64,000 nt of DNA from Scyliorhinus canicula (Eukaryota): the NCBI RefSeq assembly GCF_902713615.1, contig NW_024055493.1:124001-188000 (forward strand), given 5' to 3'. The notes beneath the pieces were generated by a model. It saw nothing but the letters and a program-made list of their open reading frames with translations. It made no database searches and had not been told where the DNA came from. The translations under genes were made by a program, and so were the position numbers. Below are positions 24,515 to 37,150 of this stretch, in pieces; within the stretch, counting starts at the first letter, position 1; each line of letters starts with the position of its first letter.

Positions 24515-24835
24515 ACCTTTCTTTTTTTTCATTCACTTGCGCGATATGGCGCCACTGATTGGGTCAACAATTATGGCCCATCCCAAGTTGCCATTCAGAA
24601 GGTGGTGGTGAGCTGCCATTTGAATCGCTGCAGTCCCTGATATACAGTTACGCCCATACTGTATTAGCGAGAGAAATCCAATATTTTCACCCAGCCACAT
24701 TGAAGGAACGGCGATATATTTCCAAGTCAAAGTGTTGGAGAGGAACCTCCAGGTGTTGGTGTTCCAAAGTATCTGCTGTTCTTGTCCTTGTTGATGGTTG
24801 TAGCTGTGGGTCTGGTAGGTGCTGAATATGAAACC
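24515..24835 (-). mobile_element. 3' end of a second LINE family (CR1/L2 group; clade not resolved)
   Basis: Matches the 3' ends at 47465, 50230 and 62300-62420 (..AAHHHLL.GN*GWA). ORF 24533..24874 contains LTWKYIAVPS. Confidence 0.7.
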
Positions 24836-24901
24836 ATCATTAGTTCCAACAGTAAATCTTGTGGATGGCAACAATCAAGCGACTGATTTGTCCTGGATGA
24901 T

Positions 24902-26268
24902 ACAAAGAACAAAGAAAATTACAGCACAGGAACAGGCCCTTCAGCCCTCCCAGCCTCCGCCGATCCAGATCCTTTATTTAAACCTGTTGCCTATTTACCA
25001 AGGTCTACTTCTCTCTGTTCCCCACCTGTACATATATCTGCCCAGATGCATTTTAAATGATGCTATCGTACCCGCCTCTACCACCTCCGCTGGCAAAGCA
25101 TTCCAGGTACCCACCACCCTCTGCGTAAAAAACTTTCCACGCACATCTCCCTTAAACTTTTCGCCTCTCACCTTGAAATCATGACCCCTTGTAACTGACA
25201 CCCCCACTCTTGGAAAAAAGCTTGTTGCTATCCACCCTGTCCATACCTCTCATAATTTTGTAGACCTCATTCAGGTCTCCCCTCAAACTCCATCTTTCCA
25301 ACGAAAACAATCCTAATCTACTCAACCTTTCTTCATAGCTAGCACCCTCCATACCAGGTAACGTCCGGGTGAACCTCCTCTGCACCCTCTCTAAAGCATC
25401 CACATCCTTCTGGTAACGTGGCGACCAGAACTGCACGCAGTATTCCAAATGTGGCCTAACCAAATTCCGATACAACTGTAACATGACCTGCTGACTCTTG
25501 CACTCAATACCCCATCTGATGAAGGCAAGCATGCTGTATGCCTTCTTGACTACTCTATCAACCTGCGTTGCCACCTTCAGGGTACAATGGACCTGGGCTC
25601 CCAGATCTCTCTGGACATCAATTTTCCCCAGGGCTCTTCCATTGACCATACTGTCTGCACTTGAGTTAAATCTTCTAAAGTGCATCACCTTGCATTTGCC
25701 CGGATTGAACACCATCTGCCATTTATCTGCCCAACACTTCAATCTATCTATATTTTACTGAATACTCTTACAAATGAAATGAAATGAAATTATTGTCACG
25801 AGTAGGCTTCAATGAAGTTACTGTGAAAAGCCCGTAGTCACCACATTCCGGCGCCTGTCCGGGGAGGCTGGTACGGGAATCGAAACGTGCTGCTGGCTTG
25901 CTTGGTCTGCTTTAAAAGCCAGCGATTTAGCCTGGCGAGCTAAACCAGCCCCTTACAGTCTGCCTCGCTATCTGCAACTCCACCAATCTTAGTATCATCT
26001 GCAAACTTGCTCATCAGACCACTTATACATTCGTCCAGATCATTTATGTAAATCACAAACAACAGTGGTCCGAGTACGGATCCCTGTGGAACACCACTAG
26101 TCACCCTTCTCCATTTTGAGACACTCCCTTCCACCACTACTCTCTGTCTCCTGTTGCCCAGCCAGTTCTTTATCCATCTAGCTAGTACACCCTGAACCCC
26201 ATACGACTTCACTTTTTCCATCAACCTGCCATGGGAAACTTTATCAAATGCTTTACTGAAGTCCATGA
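24902..26268 (-). mobile_element. CR1/HER1-type LINE RT-3' fragment interrupted by a SINE
   Basis: ORFs 24995..25207, 25179..25742 (LYRNLVRPHLEYCVQFWSP) and 25940..26509 ([23 protein letters not shown]). (GTTCTTT)-type tail near 24902. Confidence 0.9.
25773..25951 (-). mobile_element. tRNA-type SINE, third family, (ATTTC)n tail
   Basis: The - strand reads GGGGCTGGTTTAGCTC..GCTAAATCGCTGGC..CAGGCGCCGGAATGTGG..CACAGTAACTTCATTGAAGCCTACTCGTGACAATAA(TTTCA)n. Short direct repeat (C)TTACA flanks it. Confidence 0.85.
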
Positions 26269-27325
26269 TGGTGGAAAGCTTCTTGAGATTTGTTGAAGCT
26301 GCACTCCAGAGAAGTGGAGCTTTTGTTCCATTACACTTCGGACTTTTGCCTCGCAGGTGATGGACAGGCTTTGGGCAATCGGGATGTGAATTACTCGCCA
26401 CCGGATCTCTACCCTTTGAACTGCTCTGGCAGCCACAGCATTCGTCTGGCTTGTCCAGAACAGTTTCCGGCCAATGACAACCCCAGGATGTTGATTGTGC
26501 GGTAGTCAATGAAAGTAAATCTGGCGCATTACTCTGTGGGGGAAGACTTGAGCCCTGAATGAAACCGAGTCTAACAAATTAATATCAGAGAATGGGCTCA
26601 ACATAATATAAATGGAGACTTGCTGCAGTTGAACAACTGCTCCGAAATGGTGACTTCTAACATGTATAGCAACATTCATGCATTAATGGATTCGTGCATC
26701 CATTAATTAATCCGCACATAATGTAATATTAATAGATATAAGGTCTAATTCAATGATTAAAAAAGAGTCAATTGCAGTAGAGAGAGGTGTTGCTCAGTAT
26801 ATTTCTGAATGTGACTGCACCTATTTGTTAAAACAGTAAACACAGTCTCACGCAGTCATAACCGAGAATGGGTGAATTATAGTATGTACAGAAACATGGT
26901 CCTTCTTATTGAAATGTTTAACTGTAGATAGAATTATATACACAGATACAATGCTGAGGGAAAGGTAAAACGAAACATGGTCCTGTACAATCATTCCAGA
27001 GACAAGACCAAGTATAATAAAACTTGGTACACGGTTAAGTACAGTGATACCTGAAGCAGGGATGAATGTAATACTACGAAACACAATGTGCAGTAAAATA
27101 TAAATAAATACATCGTCTAACTACAAGTAAAAACTCAACTAGAGTAAATTATTCAGGCCACAAAAGCATGATCTGATGTATTAATAACTAGAATAATACC
27201 GAAAGATAAAAACACTGAGAGGGTCAAATTTAGAGAGAACTGAGAAAGGACCTATTTTATTTTAAACAGAGATATGGAGGGGTGCGGTAATAAATGAGAT
27301 GTAACCCATTGCACGATTAATATTA

Positions 27326-28888
27326 TAAAAAGTCTTACAACACCAGGTTAAAGTCCAACAGGTTTTTTTCAAACCCTAGCTTTCATGGCACTGCTCCTTC
27401 CTCAGGTGAATGAAGAGATATGTTCCAGAAACATATATGTAGACAATTCAAAGATGCAAGACAATGCATAGAATGCGAGCATTTGCAGGTAATTAAATTT
27501 TTACAGATCTAGAGATGGGGTAATCCCAGGTTAAAGAGGTGTGAATTGTCTCAAACTAGGACAGTTGGTAGGATTTTGCAAGCCCAGGCCAGATGGTGGG
27601 GGGATGAATGTAATGCGACATGAATCCCAGGTCCCGATTGAGGCCGCACTCATGTGTGCGGAACTTGGCTATAAATTTCTGCTCGGCAATTCTGCGGTAT
27701 CGCGTGTCCTGTAGGCCGCCTTGGAGAACACTTACCCGGAGATCAGAGGCTGAATGCCCTCGACTGCTGAAGTGTTCACCAACTGGAAGGGACTATTCCT
27801 GCCTGGTGATTGTCGCGCGATGTCCGTTCATTCATTGTTGCAGCGCCTGCATGGTCTCGCCAATGTACCACGCTTCGGGACATCCTTTCCTGCAGCGTAT
27901 GAGGTAGACAACATTGGCCGAGCTGCACTAGTATGTACCTAGTGGGTGGTGTTCTCACGTGTAATGGTGGTATCCATGTCGATGATCTGGCACGTCTTGC
28001 TGCGATTGCCATGGCAAGGTTGTGTGGTGTCGTGGTCGCTGTTCTGAAGGTTGGGTAGTTTGCTGCCAACAATGTTTGTTTGAGGTTGTGTGGTTGTTTG
28101 AAGGCAAGTAGTGGGGGGTGGGGATGACCTTGGCAATATGTTCATTTTCATCGATGATGTGTTGAATGCTGCGAAGAAGATGTTGTAGTTTCTCCGCTCC
28201 GGCGAAGTACTGGACAATGAAGGGTACTCTGTCGGTTGTGTCCCGTGTTTGTCTTCTGAGGAGGTTGGTGCATTTTTTTGCTGTGCGCGTTGGATGAGTC
28301 AAGCACCATATCTCGTCCGTGCGAGGGCATCACTCAGCGTCTGTAGATGTCTGTTATGCTCCTCCGCATCTGCGCAGATCCTGTGTATACGGAGGGCTTG
28401 TCCATAGGGGATGGCTTCTTTAGTATATTTACGGTGGAAGTGGAGAAGTGGAACATTGTGAGGTGACCTGCAAGAACGCAGAATCGCTGAACAGAAACAT
28501 ATAGCCAAGTTCTGCCTACATGAGTGCGGCCTCAACCGGGGCCTGGGATTCATGTCACATTACATTTATCCCCCACCATCTGGCCTGGGCTTGCAAAATC
28601 CTACCAACTGTCCTGGCTTGAGACAATTCACACCTCTTTAACCTGGGGTTACCCCTATCTCTGGATCTGTAAAGACTTAATTACCTGCAAATGCTCGCAT
28701 TCGAAGCATTGTCTGGCATCTTTGACTTTGTCGATATATATGTTTCTGGAACATACCTCCTCATTCACCTGAGGAAGGAACAGTGCTCCGAAAGCTAGTG
28801 TTTGAAGCAAACCTGTTGGACTTTAACCTTGTGTTGTAAGATTTCTTACTGTGCTCACCCCAGTCCAACGCCGGCACCTCCACATCAT
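27326..28888 (-). mobile_element. Penelope-like element (PLE2) with inverted pseudo-LTR arm
   Basis: GIY-YIG region and pLTR on the - strand (27326-~28460). An inverted ~400-bp copy of the 3' end lies on the + strand (~28470-28888). Direct repeat GATTAATATT at 27315-27324 and 28889-28898. Confidence 0.9.
28766..28800 (+). ncRNA. Minimal type I hammerhead ribozyme motif (PLE pLTR), one stem II mismatch
   Basis: CAC-CUGAGGA-A-GGAAC-AGU-GCUCC-GAA-AGCU-A-GUG. Confidence 0.7.
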
Positions 28889-29084
28889 GATTAATATTGG
28901 TATTGTCTCGCACAGTAATAACTAAAACAGAGAGAATCGCATCATTTATAGGTACAGAAACTGGCATTAAATAAACAGAGCTGGCGGTGTACCGGAATTA
29001 TTAAAACAAGGATACAAGTGGAGACAGTGCAATGCAGTAGAAACCGAGAATTTCCTCACACAGTCCAAAGATGCGCAGGTTGCA

Positions 29085-29845
29085 TAGGACATAGAATATT
29101 ACAGTGAAGTACAGGCCCTTCGAACCTCGATGTTGCGCCGACCCGTAAAACCACTCTAAAGCCCATCTACACTATTCCCTTATCGTTCATCTGCCTATCC
29201 AATGACCATTTGAATGCATTTAGTGTTGGCGAGTCCACTACTGTTGCAGGCAGGGCATTCCACGACCTTACTACTCTCTGAGTAAAGAATCTACCTCTGA
29301 CATCTGTCCTATATCTATCTCCCCTCAATTTAAATCTATGTCCCCTCGTGCTGGACGTCACCATCCGAGGAAAAAGGATCTCAATGTCCACCCTATCTAA
29401 TCCTCTGATCATCTTGTATGCCTCAATTTAGTCACCTCTTAACCTTGTTCTCTCTGACGAAAACAGCCACTAGTCCTTCAGCCTTTCCTTGTAAGATCTT
29501 CCCTCCATACCAGGAAACATCCTTGTAAATCTCCTCTGTACCATTTCCAATGCTTCCACATCCTTCCTCTAATGTGGCGACCAGAACTGCACGCAATACT
29601 CCAAAGGCGGCCGCACCAGGGTTTTGTACAACTGCAACATGACCTCATGGCTCCGAAACTCAATTCCTCTACCAAAAAAAGCTAACACACCGTGCGCCTT
29701 CTTAACAATCCTCTCAACCTGGGTTGCAACTTTCAGGGATCTATGGACATCAACACGGAGATCTCTCTGCTCGTCCACATTGCCAAGAATCTTACCATTC
29801 GCCCAGTACTCTGTGTTCCTGTTATTCCTTCCAAAATGAATCAAA
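29085..29845 (-). mobile_element. CR1/HER1-type LINE 3' fragment (same subfamily as 2648-3401)
   Basis: ORFs 29167..29412 and 29569..29895 are nearly identical in translation to ORFs 2735..3292 and 3255..3458. Confidence 0.9.
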
Positions 29846-30030
29846 TCAAGGTTAGGTGGATTGGCGATTCTAAAAGATTTTCCCTGAGTGTACAAAGGTT
29901 AGGTGGGGTTATGGGGATAGGATGGAGGAGGGGTTCTCAGTGGGGTGGCGTTTTGGAGGGCCGGTGCAGACTTGATGGGCCGACTGGCCTCCTTGTGCAC
30001 TGTCGGGATTCTATGATTCTATGATTCTTT
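29846..30030 (+). mobile_element. HE1-type SINE 3' half
   Basis: GGTTAGGTGGATTGGC..GGTGCAGACTTGATGGGCCGA..(GATTCTAT)n. Confidence 0.8.
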
Positions 30031-30119
30031 GAAAAGACCGGGATTCACAATAACTGGGGCAGGGTTCTAATGCAGGGGTTACTGTTACAGGGTAAATACT
30101 CATAATAACGGAGACAGGG

Positions 30120-30450
30120 TGTGAAGCAATGATCAATGGAGGGGAGTCCAGAATCAGGGACACAGTCTAAGGAGATAGATGAGGAGAAATTTATTGACCT
30201 AGAGTGGTGAGCCTATGGAATTCTCTACCACACAAAACAGTTGGGGCCAAAGCATTGTATGTTTACTGGAAGGAATTATATATAGCCCTTGTGGCAATAG
30301 GGATCATAGGATATGGAGGGAAAGCGAGAACAGGTTACTGAGTTGGATGATCAGCCACGATCAGAATGAATGAAAGAGCATGTTCAATGGGCCGAACGGC
30401 CTATTCCTTCACCTATTGTCTATGCTTCTATACTTCTATTGTTCTATGTA
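30120..30450 (+). mobile_element. Old CR1 3' end
   Basis: Decayed SRTRGHSL..RNFFTQRVV.LWNSLP region and a CR1-type 3'UTR ending in CTAT repeats. Confidence 0.65.
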
Positions 30451-30479
30451 ATGCAAAAAAGCCTAAATTAAATATAATC

Positions 30480-30745
30480 TGAAACAGGGTCTAGTACAGT
30501 AATTCCTGATACAGGGTCTAGATTAATATAAACCGAGACAAGGTCGAGCGCAGTGATTTCTGATGTGGGGGGGGGGAGGTGGTGTTCAGTAATGTGAATT
30601 TAGACAGGGTTCTAGAGCACTAACTGCTGATAGAGCGTCGAGATTAATATAAAGTAAAACAGATTCTAGTACCGTAATTATTGATGCAGGGTCTAGATTA
30701 ACGAAAACTGAGATAAGGTCTAATGCAGTGATTACTGATTCGGGG
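30480..30745. repeat. Degenerate 27/54-bp minisatellite (GGGTCTAG core); related arrays at ~33655-33920, ~39340-39890, ~46940-47410
   Basis: GGGTCTAG recurs every 27 bp with alternating spacers (TACAGTAATTCCTGATACA / ATTAATATAAACCGAGACA). Confidence 0.75.
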
Positions 30746-30949
30746 TATACATTCGTACAAAGCGAGAGAGGGTCGATTGCAGGGACTGCCCAAGATTAAT
30801 GTTAATCAACGTAGGGCCGAGTGTGATGTTCACCGTTACACATTTGAGATTATATACATTAAGACATATGTGTGTTTTTTTCTGAGTCTTTGTGTGTGTG
30901 TGGACATTTTCACACCAAATTCCTGCACAAATATTTCCTTTGTTTTATA

Positions 30950-31440
30950 CACCAATTAATGGGACGGAGTATGGGAAACTTTACTCTCCACATACTCTGC
31001 GTTTTTCCTGTTCTGCAAGTATCTGATGGTAGGGCAAAGAGGAAACTTTACTCTGTTCCTCACATGTGCTTTACCTGTCCTTCACATGTTAGATGGCGGA
31101 TGTTGTGGAGGGGGCTTTGCTTTGTACTGTACCTGTCCTTCGAGTATTTGAGGGGAGATTGTAAAGCGAAGTTTATTCAGTAACTAAATGTTTACTGGTG
31201 GGCCCCTGGGAGTGTATAATGGGACAGGTTTTCGGAAGTTTTATTCTTTATCGAAAACTGTGATGCATTTGGCCTGAGAGTGTTTGCTGGTTCTGTGTGC
31301 CGGAAGCTTTGCTCGGTATGCAACCCCGTACTGTACCTGGCCTGCGAGAATTTGACGGAATAGTTTAGACAAGCAGAGCATTACTAAACCTGTCCTTGGC
31401 ATTCTGATGGGACACGAGGAATGGAAATGTCTGGGACAAA
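30950..31440. repeat. Degenerate dispersed ~65-70-bp shark repeat; related stretches at ~38690-38830 and ~44800-45370
   Basis: Recurring TTTACTCTGTATCT..CTGTACCTGTCCT..GAGTGTTTGATGGGACAGTG motifs. Recognised from memory as a common elasmobranch repeat, not verified. Confidence 0.5.
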
Positions 31441-31629
31441 TATCTTAATGTCTGTGTCATATTTGAAAACTGGGGGAAATTGATGCTCAGGTGATTAAAG
31501 GGGCACTAGCAGAATGTGTACAACAGTGACTAAAGGACAGAATACAGTGTAGATGTTAACAATTGTTTCAGATTGGGTGGGGTACAGAGTGTTATTCTCC
31601 AGTGGGTAATATTAGCAGCGCTGCTTTTT

Positions 31630-31966
31630 AGAACATAGAACATAGAACAGTACAGCACAGAACAGGCCCTTCAGCCCTCGATGTTGTGCCGAGAAATGAT
31701 CACCCTACTTAAACCCACATAACCCGCATACCCGTAACCCAACAATCCCCCCATTAACCTTACACTACGGGCAATTTAGCATGGCCAATCCACCTAACCC
31801 GCACATCTTTGGACTGTGGGAGGAAACCGGAGCACCCGGACGAAACCCACGCACACACGGGGAGGACGTGCAGACTCCACACAGACAGTGACCCAGCCGG
31901 GAATCGAACCTGGGACCCTGGAGCTGTGAAGCATTTATGCTAACCACCATGCTACCGTGCTGCCCC
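31630..31966 (-). mobile_element. HE1-type V-SINE, full length with CR1/HER1-like tail
   Basis: Intact V-domain, head GGGGCAGCACGGTAGCATGGTGGTTAGC on the - strand, and (GTTCTAT)n tail. Confidence 0.93.
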
Positions 31967-31974
31967 AAATACAT

Positions 31975-33560
31975 ATAAGAGAGGCAATATTACAATAATC
32001 ATGGGGGACTTCAATATTCAGGAGGGCAGGAAACGTCAGGTTGGTAGCAGATTCCAAGAAATGGAATTTATGGAATTTCGATGATAAGTTTTTTGGAGCA
32101 GCTAGTGATAGAGGTCAGTCGAGAACAGGCAATTCTGCATTTGCTGATGTGTAATGAGCTAGACATGAATAGGGAACTTCAGGTGAAGGAACCCTCACGG
32201 GCAGTGACCACAATATGATAGAATTCATCCTGCAATTTGGAGGTAGAATCTGGAGTCAAATGTAACGGTATTACAATTGAATAAAGGTAACTACAAAGAT
32301 AAAGGGAGGAGCTGGCCAGAGTTGATAGGACGCAGGGAAGATAGTGGAACAGCCGTGGCAGGACGTTATGGGGATTATTCGCGAGGCACTACACAAATTA
32401 ATCCCAAGGAGGAGGAACCATGCTAAGGGGAGGAATGGGCATCCATGGTTGACAAGGGAAGTCAAGGACAACATAAAAGCAAATGAATAAGCAGACAATG
32501 TGACGAATATGAATGGGATGCCAGAGTATACGGAAGCATTTAAAAGCTGATGTAATGTAAAAGCTAATAGAGATTTTTATTATTACTTTTGAACTGGGGG
32601 CACTGCTTCTACGTTTTCAGACGATGCAAAGATACGTAGAGGAATAGGTTGTGCTGAGGAAGCAGAGAGGCTGTAGAAAGACCTTGTCAGGCCAAGAGAG
32701 TGGGAAAAGAAGTAGCAGATGGAATACAATGTAGAAATGTTTGAGGTTCCGCACGTTGGAGGAAACATAGAGTATTTTCTAATTGGGGTAGGGCTGAGGA
32801 AATCAGAAGCTCAAATGGACTTAGGAATTCTAGTTGAGGACTATTTTAAGGTTAACTTGCAGGATCGGTTGGCAGCAAGGAAGGCAAATGCAATTTTAGC
32901 ATTCATGTTGCGAGGGCTAGATTACAGGAACAGGGATGCAACTGTTGAGGCTCCATAAGGCTCTGGTCAGACTCCATTTGAAATATTGTGAGCAGTTTTG
33001 CTCCCCTTTTCTAAAGAAGGCCTTGGAGAAGCTCCAGAGAAGATTCACAAGACTGACCCTCGGAATGACAGACTTTTCATAAAAGGAGCGGTTGAGGACT
33101 CTGTATCTGTGCTGGATAGAGTTTAGAAGGATGAAGTGCTGTGGGGGAGGGGACGCGGAGTGTGGGATGGGCGGGGGGGGGGGGGGGAGGGGGGAGCGGG
33201 GGGGGGGGGGTCACATTGAAACTTACAGAACAGCGAGAGGCCTATTAGGTGAAACTAGAACCCGAGGACACAGCCTCAGATTTAAGGGACGATCCTCCGA
33301 AACTGAGAAGAGGAGCAATTTATTCAGCCAGAGGGTCTTGAATCTGTGGAACTCATTCCCGCAGAAGGTTGTGGAGGCGAAATCACTGAGTGTCTTTAAG
33401 ATATAGATAGACAGGTACTTGATTAATAAGGGGATCAGGGATTGTGGAGAGAAGGCAGGAGAATGGGGATTAGAAACATAACAGTCATGATTGAATGCGG
33501 AGCAGACTCAATGGACTGAAAGGCTGGTTTCCGCTCCTATGTCTTATGTTTTTATGGTAG
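31975..33560 (+). mobile_element. Old, internally deleted CR1 remnants (endonuclease and RT-3' parts)
   Basis: IIMGDFN, FLEQLV, SDHN-like and RT C-terminal remnants (ORFs 32719..32958, 33092..33406). Poly-G stretch at ~33170-33210. Confidence 0.7.
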
Positions 33561-34014
33561 GAAGACCATCTATGGACGGCTTGATTGCCGTCACAGATAT
33601 GGTGGGTGGAAGGGCATCTTTCTATACTGTGAAACTCTCAGACTCCATGACTCTATGACAGGGTCTAAAGCAATGATCACTAATGCAGGGTGTAGATTAA
33701 CCTAAATTGAGATTGAATCTCGTGCAGTGATGACTGATACAGGGTCTAGATTAACATAAATCGAGACACGTTGTAGTGCAGCGATTACTGATACAAAGTT
33801 TGATTAACCTTAAATGAGATAGCATCTAAAGCGGTGATTATTCATACAGTCTCTAGAATATTATAAACTGAGGCAGGGTCTATTGCAGTCATTCCTGCTC
33901 AGGGTCTGGATTAATATATGTGTAAACAGTTAATAGGCCAGACGATTAAAAACGTGGTCGACGAGGCCGGTTATGGGATGATTTTAATAAGGGAGTTGAC
34001 GTGAAGAGGAGTAG

Positions 34015-34402
34015 TGTAGAAGGGACTTTAGTTTGCGGATTAGTTGCCTGAATACGCTGTATTCATTTTAACTGGCTGCTTCACTATATTTCATGGAAAT
34101 AGGCACTTGGCAAAGCATGATGGATATTTAGCCTTATTTTTAGTCAAGAAGTTCTGTATGAAACAGTCAGTTTAAACAAGCATACAGCTGCACACTGTTT
34201 TGCTGACAGCAGACAACAATTTTTTCTTAGGCGAGGAACTCAAGGCCTGTCCTAGATATTGCTTACTGTAACTTGCTTGCCTTACCTCTGTAAAGCGGGG
34301 ACATTTGGAATGACTGTGGTCTATCTAATCCCCCCACGAACTTTGTGTTAACTAAAGACCTTTGGCGAAAACTCGACGTGCTGACTATTAATTTCTTCAA
34401 CA
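34015..34402. mobile_element. Solo LTR (388 bp)
   Basis: TGTAG...CAACA termini and 5-bp TSD AGTAG (34010-34014, 34403-34407). Absent from duplicate B, which has an empty site near 39985. Confidence 0.8.
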
Positions 34403-34715
34403 AGTAGGGAATGAATACCAGACCTTAGGACAGAGACATATGAAGACATCGAAAAGTGAACCAAATAATCCAGAAGATAACATTACATCTTGGTCGATTG
34501 GAGTTGCAAAAAATAAGAAAAATGTTTCATATGCACACCTACACGAACGATCAATACGTTTTTGCAGCGATTTTAGTTGTTCTTCTTAACCAGATGAGTG
34601 TTGTATGATTGGGTGGGCATTTCTCCTATGAGTGCCCACCATTACCATCGTGGCGATACTGTGAGAACACGGTTATGTCTAACTCTGCCAGTGCATTAGG
34701 TGATGGGTTAATATA

Positions 34716-34885
34716 TTTTTAAAATAAATTTAGAGTACCCAATCATTTTTTCCAGTTAAGGGGCAATTTAGCGTGGCCAATCCTCCTACCCTGCACGTCT
34801 TTGGGTTGTGGGGGTGAAACCCATGCAGACACGGGGAGAATGTGCAAAATCCACACGGACAGTGACCCAGGCCCGGGATTCGAAC
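34716..34885 (-). mobile_element. Short poly(A) V-SINE, 5'-truncated
   Basis: 18-bp TSD AGGTGATGGGTTAATATA (34698-34715) and AGGTGATTGGTTAATATA (34886-34903). Confidence 0.9.
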
Positions 34886-36207
34886 AGGTGATTGGTTAAT
34901 ATAAATCGAGGCATGAATATAACCACCATCGTGAAAAAAAAGCTTTCCAATCGATAGAGCATAACACAAGAGTAAATTCATAATTTTGAACAAAACAGAG
35001 ATTTCCTCTAAATTTTGGAAATTGCTGTGCACCGGTGTTCACATGTAGACATGTCTCCCAAGACCAGTTCATTCCTGGGATGTTGGTAAAATATTCAACT
35101 CAATATTGCCCACATGATAGCAGAGCAAATGCACATTTAATACAACTACTTATAGATATTAACAGGAATTAACATAATCTCAAAATCAACGATGATTGTA
35201 CTTGGAGAAACAAGCGAACATGTACAATCATTTGTAATATCGAGAGACAACAGGAACATGGTCCGGTGTAATATCAACAGGGACAGGCCCTGGTGTGATG
35301 TAAAGAAACAAATTCCTGTGGAATATAATAGAGATGGAACTTAATGTAATATAATCCTATGCATATTCTAGCGTATTATTAACTGAGTGTAGCACAAACA
35401 GTAGTGTAGTATAGACAGGGACAGGGATTACTTTAATAGAAATAAAGACAGGGTCTTATTTAACATGAGAATAAACAGATTTGACGTAATACAGTGCATA
35501 GAAAATAGAGCAGGAGTGGACCATTCTGCCCTTCGAGCCTGCTCCTCTATTCATTCTGATCATGGCTGATCATCCACCTAAATAACCTGTTCCCATTATC
35601 CCCCATATCATTTGGTTCCGTCAGAGTTTTGATCCCCAAGCGCTTTATCTAACTCCTTCTTGAAAACATACAATACTTTGGAGTCAACTTCGCTCTGTGG
35701 TAGAGAATTCCACAGGTTCACAACTCCCAGGGTGAAGATATTACTCCTTATCTCAGTTTTAAATGGTTTAAACCATATCCTTAGACTGTGACCCCTGGTT
35801 CTACATTCCCCGCCATCGGACACATCCTTTCTGCATCCACCCTGTCTCGTCCTGTTACAATTTGATCGGTTTATAATCAGAGGGTGGATTTAATATTTCA
35901 TAAATTAGTGTCTTCTGTTTTCTGACCCTCCTGCCAGTGAATCAAGTTTCTTCCTAATTAATCAAACAAAACCCTTCATAATTTTGACCATTTTTACACG
36001 CATCCCATAACCTGCTCGATTCTAAGGAAAACAATCCAAGCTTCCAACCGCTCTGACCGTGCAGCTCATACAGTGTGAAGACCCAGTTGTATATATTTTT
36101 ATGCCTTGCTTGTATTCAGATGTTATTCTTGGAATAACTGACATTTTATATGGAGCCAGTGGAATTCCCATTCACCAATACCATCGTGTTAGAATAAGAT
36201 GTAAGAC

Positions 36208-36430
36208 GGGGGCAGCACGGTGGTGCAGTTGTTAGCACTGCTGCCTCACGGCTCCAAGGTCCCAGGTTCGATCCCGGCTTTGGGTCCCTGGGCGTGTCGA
36301 GTTTGCACATTCTCCCCGTGTTTGCATGGGTTTCGCCCCCACAACCCAAAGATGTGCAGCGTAGGTGGATTGGCCACGCTAAATTGCCCCTTAATTGCGA
36401 AAAAATAATTGGGTACTCTAAATTTATAAA
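36208..36430 (+). mobile_element. Short poly(A) V-SINE (copy A only)
   Basis: Full head and deleted V-domain. Degenerate 17-bp flanking repeat AGAATAAG....AAGAC (36191-36207, 36431-36447). Absent from copy B. Confidence 0.9.
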
Positions 36431-36916
36431 AGAATAAGTCACAAGACTAATAAAAGACTAACCTCTGAAAATTAAATTGACCCATGGAAGGCTGCACCCA
36501 GAATTAGAACTTTAGATACACTGAGCAATATCTCAGAATGTAATGTCAAAATGCAAAGCATGATAGGTCTTGTTTCATGAGAATCAATATCACCTCTCAC
36601 GACAGCCTGTGATCAAATGCAGGAGTATTTTATGTTTTAGTTGTTCCATCTTTTAGATGTGATTATATTACAGCCTTCGGGCTGCTTCGCAATATTGTTG
36701 CTGGACTGGTAATCTGGAGGCCTGAACTATTACTCCAGAGGCAGTACAAATTCCACCAGGGCATATTGCAATGATGTGAGCAGTTTTGGTCTCCTTACCT
36801 AAGGATAGATATTTTGGAGGCCGTCCAGAGAAGGTACATGGGTCGAATGGCCAACTTCTGCTCCTACATCTTATAGTTTTATAATTGAATGAATTAATAA
36901 GTCAGCAATACAAATA

Positions 36917-37150
36917 GTGCGTGGGTTTCCTCCGGGTGCTCCGGTTTCCTCCCACAGTCCAAAGATGTGCGGGTTAGGTGGATTGGCCATGCTAAATTGC
37001 CCGTAGTGTCCTAATAAAAAGTAAGGTTAAGGGGGGGGTTATTGGGTTACGGGTATAGGGTGGATACGTGGGTTTGAGTAGGGTGATCATGGCTCGGCAC
37101 AACATTGAGGGCCAAAGGGCCTGTTCTGTGCTGTACTGTTCTATGTTCTA
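36917..37150 (+). mobile_element. HE1-type V-SINE, 5'-truncated (copy A only)
   Basis: Starts within the V-domain and ends GGGCC.AAGGGCCTGTTCTGTGCTGTACTGTTCTATGTTCTA. Confidence 0.9.
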
